Positions 56,679-64,000 of a stretch of DNA of 64,000 nucleotides are shown one piece after another (within the stretch, counting starts at the first letter, position 1; each line of letters opens with the position of its first letter). The position numbers were made by a program, and so were the translations under genes. The notes beneath the pieces were generated by a model, which saw only the letters and a program-made list of their open reading frames with translations, did not search any database and was not told the DNA's origin. The DNA is from Ruminococcus sp. (GTDB lineage: Bacteria; Bacillota; Clostridia; Oscillospirales; Ruminococcaceae): positions 2,914 to 66,913 of the forward strand of contig JAZLGM010000089.1 in assembly GCA_045616285.1 (NCBI GenBank), read 5' to 3'.

Positions 56679-59300
56679 ATGGGACTTACAGAAAAGGAAG
56701 CTAATGAAAAACTTAAAAGGGACGGTGAAAATGTTTTCGGAGAGGAGAAAAAAACGAGTGCTGTAAAGATTTTTGCAGGACAGTTCAGAGATGTAATGGT
56801 TATGATTCTGCTTGGAGCGTCTGTGATTTCTTTTCTTCTCGGAGAAATGACGGATTCTGTTACAATCGTGCTTATTGTACTTCTTAATGCAATTCTCGGT
56901 TTTATACAGGAATACAGAACAGAACATACTCTTGAGGCACTGCGTTCAATGACCGCACCGACTGCGAAATGCTGGAGAGACGGAAAACTAAAGACAATTG
57001 AAGCATCAAATATTGTTGTCGGAGATATTATTTCTGTCGAATCCGGCGACAGAGTACCTGCGGATTGCGTAATACTCAAAGCTTCGGGAGTATTTTCTGA
57101 TGAAGCTGTACTTACAGGTGAATCAGAACCTGTTTCAAAATCTGTCGGTGATAAGAATGACTATGATAATTCATTGAATAAAGCTAATATTCTTTACTGC
57201 GGTACAGCGGTTACAAAAGGAATCTGTACAGCGAGGGTTATTTCAACAGGAAAGAATACTCAAATGGGAAAAATCTCGGAAATGCTGAATGACATTGAAA
57301 AACAACCTACCCCCTTGCAGAAACGTCTAAGCGAACTTGGAAAGGTTGTGGCTGTAATTTGTATTGCAGTTTGTTTTGCTGTATTTGGGGCAGGTGTACT
57401 GCGTGGTGAAGATGTATTTGATATGATGATGACAGGGATTACAATTGCAATTGCTGCAATTCCGGAGGGACTTCCTGCCACAGTAACAATTGCACTTGCA
57501 CTTGCTGTAAACCGAATGCTTAAACAGAAGGCACTTGTAAACAAACTTCACAGCGTTGAGGCACTCGGATGCACTTCTGTTATCTGTTCAGATAAAACAG
57601 GTACAATAACTGAAAATAAAATGACAGTAACTGATTTTTCAACAGCGGACAGAGATTATAAATTCAGCGGAATGGGCTATCGAATCAGCGGCGGTGTTAC
57701 ACTTGCGGATGGTTCAGCAGTAAATCCTGTGAATGAAAAAACGCTTGCAGAATCAATGCGCTGTGCGGTAATGTGTTCAACTGCTGAAATATCTTCGGAT
57801 AAGCCTTTAAAGAGTCGTAACAGAGGAAATCTTACGGGTAAAGGTGAATGGTCGGTAAGCGGCGATCCGACGGAAGCGGCACTTCTTATAGCGTCTGCAA
57901 AAGTCGGGATTACGGCTGAATCCCTCAGCGGAAGATTCCGCAAGCTGAAAGAATTTCCTTTTGACAGCGAGACAAGATATATGGCTGTACATTGTTTGGC
58001 GGGGACAGAAAAAAAGATGTACTTCAAGGGTGCGGGAGAAGTTATTCTTCCCAAGTGTACACAGTATATGAATGAACATGGAGAGATTCTTCCGCTTGAT
58101 ATCGGAGTAAGAAAGAAAATCAGCGAAAAAATACTTTCTATGTCAGATAATGCACTGAGAGTTCTTGCGCTTGCCTTTTGTATTTCTGATTCGTTTTCAC
58201 CCGACAGCGGTAATTTGATTTTTCTCGGAATATCAGGAATGCTTGATCCTCCGAGAGAGGAAATCAAGTCTGCTGTAAGAAAATGTGCTTCTGCATCGGT
58301 AAGAACCGTTATGATTACTGGTGACCATAAAAACACAGCTTCGGCAATCGCAAGAAAAACAGGTATTCTGAAAAACGGGAAAGCAGTAACCGGAGAAGAA
58401 TTAGATAAACTTACGGATGATGAACTTGACAGAGAGATTGAGAAAATCACTGTGTTTTCAAGAGTTGAGCCTTCGCATAAGCTGAGAATTGTGAAAAGTT
58501 TAAGGCGCAGAGGTGAAATAGTGACTATGACAGGAGACGGAGTAAATGATGCCCCTGCGATAAAGGAAGCAGATGTCGGTGTTGCAATGGGTATAACAGG
58601 TACGGATGTTACTAAACAGGCGGCAGATGTTATTCTGCTTGATGATAATTTTTCAACACTCGTAAATGCAGTTGAACAGGGAAGATGTGTCTATTCCAAT
58701 ATAAGAAAATTTGTGGGATATCTTCTTTCCTGCAATATAGGAGAGGTAATAACCATGTTCTGCGGAATTCTCATGGGTATGCCTGTTGTTCTTCTTCCTG
58801 TTCAGATTCTTCTTGTAAACCTTGTCACCGACGGACTTCCTGCAATTGCACTTGGTCTTGAACCGCCCGAAAAGGATATAATGAACCGTCCTCCGAGAAA
58901 ATCTGATGAAAGTTTTTTCTCCGGAGGTCTTATGTGGAAAATAATAATTCGAGGAATACTGATCGGATTATCAACACTTGCATCATTCAGTGTCATAATA
59001 CGAATGGGCGGAACGGTTGAATCAGGACGTACAGCGGCATTGATAACACTTGTGATGTCACAGCTCATTCATGTATTTGAATGTAAATCCGAGACACTTT
59101 CATTATTCCGTATAAATCCATTCAGCAATATTAAGCTTCTTCTTGCAGTGCTTTTCTCTTTTGCTGTACTGTGGTCATGTGTTTACATACCTGCTTTATG
59201 CGGAATATTCAGTACTGTTCCGCTTGAAAACACTCAGCTTGTTACAGCATTGGGATTTTCCGCCGCTGTACCGTTTTTTGCAAATTTATTTCATAAATAA
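56679..59300 (+). CDS. Cation-translocating P-type ATPase, type IIA (Ca2+, YloB-like)
   Basis: TGES, IPEGL, DKTGT, KGA, TGD, GDGVND and NLVTDG.PA motifs; GAGGTG RBS before ATG 56679. Confidence 0.93.
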   Translation: MGLTEKEANEKLKRDGENVFGEEKKTSAVKIFAGQFRDVMVMILLGASVISFLLGEMTDSVTIVLIVLLNAILGFIQEYRTEHTLEALRSMTAPTAKCWRDGKLKTIEASNIVVGDIISVESGDRVPADCVILKASGVFSDEAVLTGESEPVSKSVGDKNDYDNSLNKANILYCGTAVTKGICTARVISTGKNTQMGKISEMLNDIEKQPTPLQKRLSELGKVVAVICIAVCFAVFGAGVLRGEDVFDMMMTGITIAIAAIPEGLPATVTIALALAVNRMLKQKALVNKLHSVEALGCTSVICSDKTGTITENKMTVTDFSTADRDYKFSGMGYRISGGVTLADGSAVNPVNEKTLAESMRCAVMCSTAEISSDKPLKSRNRGNLTGKGEWSVSGDPTEAALLIASAKVGITAESLSGRFRKLKEFPFDSETRYMAVHCLAGTEKKMYFKGAGEVILPKCTQYMNEHGEILPLDIGVRKKISEKILSMSDNALRVLALAFCISDSFSPDSGNLIFLGISGMLDPPREEIKSAVRKCASASVRTVMITGDHKNTASAIARKTGILKNGKAVTGEELDKLTDDELDREIEKITVFSRVEPSHKLRIVKSLRRRGEIVTMTGDGVNDAPAIKEADVGVAMGITGTDVTKQAADVILLDDNFSTLVNAVEQGRCVYSNIRKFVGYLLSCNIGEVITMFCGILMGMPVVLLPVQILLVNLVTDGLPAIALGLEPPEKDIMNRPPRKSDESFFSGGLMWKIIIRGILIGLSTLASFSVIIRMGGTVESGRTAALITLVMSQLIHVFECKSETLSLFRINPFSNIKLLLAVLFSFAVLWSCVYIPALCGIFSTVPLENTQLVTALGFSAAVPFFANLFHK

Positions 59301-59336
59301 AAAAACAGGCAGATACTCAGAAAGTATCTGCCTGTT
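59299..59336. terminator. Terminator between the convergent ATPase and ackA (U-tract on the ackA strand)
   Basis: aacaggcagatact-cagaa-agtatctgcctgtt with a left A-tract. Confidence 0.8.
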
Positions 59337-59356
59337 GTCTTTAATAACGAAAAATA

Positions 59357-59385
59357 TTGACTTTTTATATATGTGGTAGTATAAT
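59357..59385 (+). promoter_or_regulatory. Near-consensus sigmaA promoter pointing antisense into ackA
   Basis: TTGACT-17 bp-TATAAT with an AT-rich upstream element. Confidence 0.6.
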
Positions 59386-59401
59386 ATTGAATGTATACTG
59401 A

Positions 59402-60601
59402 TTATTTTGAGATGAGAGCAAGTGTGTCTCTTGCAATGAGGAGTTCTTCATTTGTTGGAACAATCCATACTTCAACCTTAGAATCGGGTGTTGAAAGCTT
59501 AATGAGCTTTCCTCTTGTGCTCTTGTTGAGTTCGGTATCAATTTTGATTCCGAAATAATCCATATCAGCACATACCTTATCTCTGATTTCCCATGAGTTC
59601 TCACCGATACCGCCTGTAAAGAGAATTGCGTCAACGCCGTTCATTACAGCAGCGTATGAACCGATATACTTCTTAATCTCGTAAACGAGCATATCTGAAA
59701 CGAGCTGAGCTCTCTCATTGCCTGCAAGTGCAGCAGCCTGAATGTCACGGTTGTCTGAACCGATGCCTGAAACTCCGAGGAAGCCTGACTTCTTGTTCAT
59801 GTAGTCGCTCATTTCAGCAGGTGTAAATCCGTGCTTGTCAGCAATGAATGTAACAGCAGAAGGGTCAACAGCACCGCATCTTGTACCCATTACAACACCG
59901 TCAAGAGGAGTGAATCCCATTGATGTATCAACTGACTTTCCTGCATTTACAGCTGTGATTGAAGAACCGTTTCCGAGGTGGCATGATACGATTTTAAGGT
60001 CCTTGATATCCTTGCCCATAGCCTCAGCGAGAGCAGCAGATACAAAACGGTGTGAAGTACCGTGGAATCCGTATTTTCTTACATGATAGTTTTCGTAATC
60101 CTCGTATGGAAGACCGAACATAAATGCTTCCTTAGGCATTGTCTGGTGGAATGCAGTATCAAATACAACAACCTGTGGAACATCAGCAGGAATAACCTTC
60201 TTGCAGGCTCTGAGAGCGAGTGCATGAGCGTGGTTATGTACAGGAGCAAGTTCACGGAGTTCGTCAATCTTTTCGATTACTTCATCAGTAACGAGAACAG
60301 ACTTGTCATACACGTCAGCACCCTGAACAATTCTGTGACCAACAGCAGAGATTTCGTCCATGCTGTCAATAACTTTTGATTCACCTGTAGTGAGAGCTTC
60401 AACAAGCTTCATGAAAGCTTCTGTATGAGTCGGGAATGAACAATCTTCCTCGAAGCCCTTTCCTGAGCTTGTTTTGTGAGAGATGTGACCGTCAATACCG
60501 ATTCTGTCACAGTTACCCTTTGCGATAACGCTTTCATCATCCATGTTGATAAGCTGATACTTGAGTGATGAGCTTCCTGCGTTTACAACTAAAATAATCA
60601 T
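59402..60601 (-). CDS. ackA: Acetate kinase
   Basis: NAGSSSLKY, FDTAFHQT, YGFHGTSH, CHLGNGSS and TGGIGEN motifs. Confidence 0.98.
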   Translation of the reverse strand: MIILVVNAGSSSLKYQLINMDDESVIAKGNCDRIGIDGHISHKTSSGKGFEEDCSFPTHTEAFMKLVEALTTGESKVIDSMDEISAVGHRIVQGADVYDKSVLVTDEVIEKIDELRELAPVHNHAHALALRACKKVIPADVPQVVVFDTAFHQTMPKEAFMFGLPYEDYENYHVRKYGFHGTSHRFVSAALAEAMGKDIKDLKIVSCHLGNGSSITAVNAGKSVDTSMGFTPLDGVVMGTRCGAVDPSAVTFIADKHGFTPAEMSDYMNKKSGFLGVSGIGSDNRDIQAAALAGNERAQLVSDMLVYEIKKYIGSYAAVMNGVDAILFTGGIGENSWEIRDKVCADMDYFGIKIDTELNKSTRGKLIKLSTPDSKVEVWIVPTNEELLIARDTLALISK

Positions 60602-60670
60602 TTAAACAATTCCTTTCAGAAAAAATTTGTGAGACTGCTGTATATGTACAGAACAAGTCACCACATATTA

Positions 60671-60698
60671 ATTATATACCATTTTGGATAAATTGCAA
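60671..60698 (-). promoter_or_regulatory. sigmaA-type promoter of ackA
   Basis: TTGCAA-16 bp-TATAAT. Confidence 0.55.
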
Positions 60699-60856
60699 GT
60701 CTTTTTTGTAAATTTTTCGTTTATCAGTTTTTTTGATGTAAAAAAGAACAAAATACATTCCGAAATAAATCTAAATATGTTTATCAGGTAAAACTTTATG
60801 TATATCTAGCAAAACTTTGGCGAAAAATATTGAAATTTGTGAAAAGAGGTAGTAAA

Positions 60857-62059
60857 ATGAAAATCAGCGGAATTATCTGTGAGTACAATCCCTTCCATAA
60901 CGGTCATGATTACCACATAAGAAAGACCAGAGAGAACGGTGCTACTCATATTGTCGCTGTAATGAGCGGAAACTTTGTCCAGAGGGGCGAAACTGCAATT
61001 ATGGACAAACATACTCGTGCAAAACTCGCTGTTAGGTCAGGGGCAGATCTTGTTATAGAATTGCCCGTTCAATGCTGTCTTTCATCGGCTGAGGGATTTG
61101 CAAGAGGAGCTGTCTGGCTTCTTCATTCGCTCGGTGCAGTTGATGAGCTGTCATTCGGAAGTGAATGCGGCAATCTTAATCTGCTTTCAAGAGCAGTTGA
61201 TATGGTTGAGATAACAGCACTTACAAAGGCTGATGAAATACGTGAAATTATGGAAAAGGGGTATGTCTATCCAAAGGCTCTCTGTTCTGTGATAAGCGGT
61301 ACATCTCCTGAAATAGCGGCTGTAATTTCAAATCCGAACAACCTGCTCGGAATAGAATACCTCAGAGCAATGAGAAGATTTACCTCTACAATGGAGGCAT
61401 TCACAGTAAAGCGGTGCGATGCGGGGCACGACAGCTTACAGCCTGTGAACGGATTTGCTTCGGCATCATATATAAGAGAAAAACTCGATAATTATGATGA
61501 GAATTTCCGACCTGAATACTATATGCCGGATATATGGGCAAAAGCATTGAGGGAACAGGCACCGATCGGAAGGATTGCTTCTCTCAGAAACCTCGAAAGG
61601 GTATTGCTCTATAAGCTGAGAAATTGTGACATCAGCGAAATTGCGGGAATCAATGATGTCGGACAGGGACTTGAATACAGAATATGGAATTCAAGGTCTG
61701 CTTCGTCACTTGAAGAACTGCTTTATACAGTAAAAACCAAAAGATATACAATGGCAAGAATAAAACGCATCATGCTTTCGCTTCTTATCGGAATCAGAAA
61801 GGATGATATGGGTAGTTTGCCGCCGTACGGAAGAATACTCGCATTCAACGACAGAGGTCGTGAAATACTCTCTCAGGCTAAGGACAGTGCAGGTATACCT
61901 TATGCTGCATCACTTGCAAAGCTGTCGCAGATAAGCAGCAGAGCTGCAAGATTTGCTGAACTTGAGGCGAGTGCATCGGACGTATATGGTCTTGCTCTTG
62001 ACAGAATTTCCTCTTCACAGGAGGACATACGGGCAAAAATAATGCTGGATATGGAGTAA
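60857..62059 (+). CDS. tmcAL: tRNA(Met) cytidine acetate ligase (YlbM/TmcAL family)
   Basis: GIICEYNPFHNGH, MSGNFVQRG, PNNLLGIEY, SASYIR and KTKRYT motifs. Confidence 0.9.
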   Translation: MKISGIICEYNPFHNGHDYHIRKTRENGATHIVAVMSGNFVQRGETAIMDKHTRAKLAVRSGADLVIELPVQCCLSSAEGFARGAVWLLHSLGAVDELSFGSECGNLNLLSRAVDMVEITALTKADEIREIMEKGYVYPKALCSVISGTSPEIAAVISNPNNLLGIEYLRAMRRFTSTMEAFTVKRCDAGHDSLQPVNGFASASYIREKLDNYDENFRPEYYMPDIWAKALREQAPIGRIASLRNLERVLLYKLRNCDISEIAGINDVGQGLEYRIWNSRSASSLEELLYTVKTKRYTMARIKRIMLSLLIGIRKDDMGSLPPYGRILAFNDRGREILSQAKDSAGIPYAASLAKLSQISSRAARFAELEASASDVYGLALDRISSSQEDIRAKIMLDME

Positions 62060-62063
62060 TTTA

Positions 62064-63200
62064 ATGGTAAATAATTGGAAGAATATTCTTAAAGCGGGTT
62101 GTTTTGCGGTAATTGCCGCTGCAGCACTTTCATCATGCGGAAGAAAGGTTGAGCTTTATGAATATAACGTGCTTAGTGAAGCAGATAATAAAGAAGTGAT
62201 GACGGTTTCTGAGGAACAGACCATAAGACGTACTGAGACTACAACTTCTGTGACTGGTACAACAGAAACAACAACTACTGTCACAACAACTGACACAAGG
62301 GCACAGAGGGTAAAGATTAACAAAACGATGCCGTCGGGTTATCCTCTCCCTGATGAGGTTAAAATGGATTTTGAGACTGTATTGCAGAATCCTGAACTTC
62401 CGACCGGATGTGAGATAACTTCACTTGCACAGACTCTCAGATACTGGAAATATGATATAGACAAGGTTACTTTGAGCGACAATTACCTCAATATAGATTT
62501 AAACGGAATTTACTCATTACATAGTGCATTCATCGGAGATCCGCATACAAGCAGCGGAATGGGATGCAATGCAAATGTTCTCGTTGATGCGGCAAACGAA
62601 TACTTTGGTTCAATTGGTTCAGACTGGAGAGGAATGGATCTTACAGGTGTTTCGTTTGATACACTTCTGTTCCACCTTGCTGAGGGCAGACCTGTCGTGA
62701 CTGTTGTTACACTTGGTCTTATGGATTCAAAGCCTCAGCAGATGTATACGACTGTAAGCGGTGAACAGCTTGAATTTACAAATTTACAGCATTGTATGAC
62801 AATGTATGGTTATGATAAGAATAAAAATATAATTTACACAGCAGATCCTATGAGAGGAAATGTTGAGTATAATATGGACCAGTACAGAAGAATATATGAT
62901 GCAATGGGAAAACAGGCAATGGTTGTTTACGGAGACGGAGAAACAGCCGGAAAATCTTTCAGAACTCAGGATGAAATTGCTGATTACATCGAAGACATGA
63001 AGGAAAGACGTGCAGAAATTAAATCTGCTGCTACCTCTGTTACTTCAACAACTGCTACAACTACTGTACAGACAGAAACAACAGTTGTTTCTGAGAAAAC
63101 ATCGGAAGTGTCTTCTGTTCCTGCTACGGTTAATGTAATTTCAATTCCTTCTGTGACAACGAAAAAGTCTGAAACCACTGCGTCAACAACAAAAAAATAA
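62064..63200 (+). CDS. C39-like cysteine peptidase lipoprotein with Thr-rich linkers
   Basis: Lipobox LSSC; Q.PELPTGCEITSL, H(C) and ADP catalytic pattern. Confidence 0.8.
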   Translation: MVNNWKNILKAGCFAVIAAAALSSCGRKVELYEYNVLSEADNKEVMTVSEEQTIRRTETTTSVTGTTETTTTVTTTDTRAQRVKINKTMPSGYPLPDEVKMDFETVLQNPELPTGCEITSLAQTLRYWKYDIDKVTLSDNYLNIDLNGIYSLHSAFIGDPHTSSGMGCNANVLVDAANEYFGSIGSDWRGMDLTGVSFDTLLFHLAEGRPVVTVVTLGLMDSKPQQMYTTVSGEQLEFTNLQHCMTMYGYDKNKNIIYTADPMRGNVEYNMDQYRRIYDAMGKQAMVVYGDGETAGKSFRTQDEIADYIEDMKERRAEIKSAATSVTSTTATTTVQTETTVVSEKTSEVSSVPATVNVISIPSVTTKKSETTASTTKK

Positions 63201-63209
63201 GAGGATATT

Positions 63210-63863
63210 ATGATTAAAGGGGTTATTTTTGATCTGGATGGTACGCTTATTGATTCAATGGGTGTATGGTACAGAATTGACAGAGAATTTCTGAGGGAAC
63301 AGGGAATTGAATCACCTCCCGAAGGTATTTCTGATTTAATGAAGAAAATGACAATTGATGAATCATCCGCATATTTTATAAAAGAATTCGGTCTTGACTG
63401 CACTAAGGAATATGTTATTAGGAGAATCGAGGAACTTGTAAAAAAGGAATACGAGGAAAAAATACAACTCAAACCTCATGTAAACGAGTTTCTTGATTAT
63501 CTTGATAAAAAAGAAATACCTTATGGTGTGGCTACGGCTACGTATAAATCTCTTGCAGAGGCTGTACTCAAAAGATGCGGTATCTGTGAGAGGTTTGCTT
63601 TTATACTGACAGATGAAGAATATCCGAAAGGAAAGAAATTTCCCGATATATTTTTCGGCGGAGCGGAAAGACTTGGTATTTTCCCGAAGGAAACAATGGT
63701 CATTGAAGATTCACTTCATTGTATTGAAACTTCAAAAAGTGCTGGTTTTTATACTGTAGGTGTATATGATTCTGCGGCTGAATATGATACTGAGAAAATC
63801 AGGGAAACAGCCGACGGATATTTCAGCTCACTTGCTGATTTAATGGAATATATGGAACAATAA
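63210..63863 (+). CDS. HAD family phosphatase
   Basis: FDLDGTLIDS, K.FPDIF and IEDS motifs. Confidence 0.92.
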   Translation: MIKGVIFDLDGTLIDSMGVWYRIDREFLREQGIESPPEGISDLMKKMTIDESSAYFIKEFGLDCTKEYVIRRIEELVKKEYEEKIQLKPHVNEFLDYLDKKEIPYGVATATYKSLAEAVLKRCGICERFAFILTDEEYPKGKKFPDIFFGGAERLGIFPKETMVIEDSLHCIETSKSAGFYTVGVYDSAAEYDTEKIRETADGYFSSLADLMEYMEQ

Positions 63864-63870
63864 CGATTAA

Positions 63871-64000
<130 letters not shown>

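Noticed and set aside
57677-58450. 257-aa minus-strand ORF, and similar shadows inside smc, plsX, ftsY and folD
   Set aside because: Codon-mirror ORFs opposite well-conserved genes.

Overview
Chromosomal, mostly core-genome window from a low-GC Firmicute, very probably a cellulosome-producing Ruminococcus close to R. flavefaciens (inferred from a ScaA/ScaB-type cohesin plus dockerin and from the gene order). It holds about 55 genes. These include a split pyruvate formate-lyase locus, gltX, putP, a DEAD-box helicase, two PBPs, a Zn/Mn ABC transporter, uvrC, spoIIR, and an L20 leader followed by infC-rpmI-rplT. A long run covers dprA-topA-trmFO-plsX-rnc-radical SAM-smc-ftsY-rdgB-yhbY-nadD-yqeK-LCP-rsfS. 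A small accessory island (44.5-49.4 kb) carries Shango-like sngA/sngB but no helicase. The window ends with trmN6-rsmI-pnuC, ymfF-ymfH-lgt-folD, a Ca P-type ATPase, ackA, tmcAL and the start of mnmA. I saw no rRNA, tRNA, CRISPR array, integrase or transposase. The best candidate for an undescribed system is the three-part PFL operon: a truncated PFL barrel, then a 75-aa Cys-containing ORF that resembles the glycyl-radical domain's helix/strand but lacks the radical Gly loop, then a stand-alone glycyl-radical domain. Other notable signals are Shine-Dalgarno sequences separated from their start codons by hairpins (putP, class A PBP), a near-consensus promoter firing antisense into ackA, an FtsY with a C-terminal acidic tail carrying two MinD-like membrane-targeting helices, and a lipoprotein with a toxin-like RNase domain. 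All calls come from reading motifs by eye; no database searches were run.
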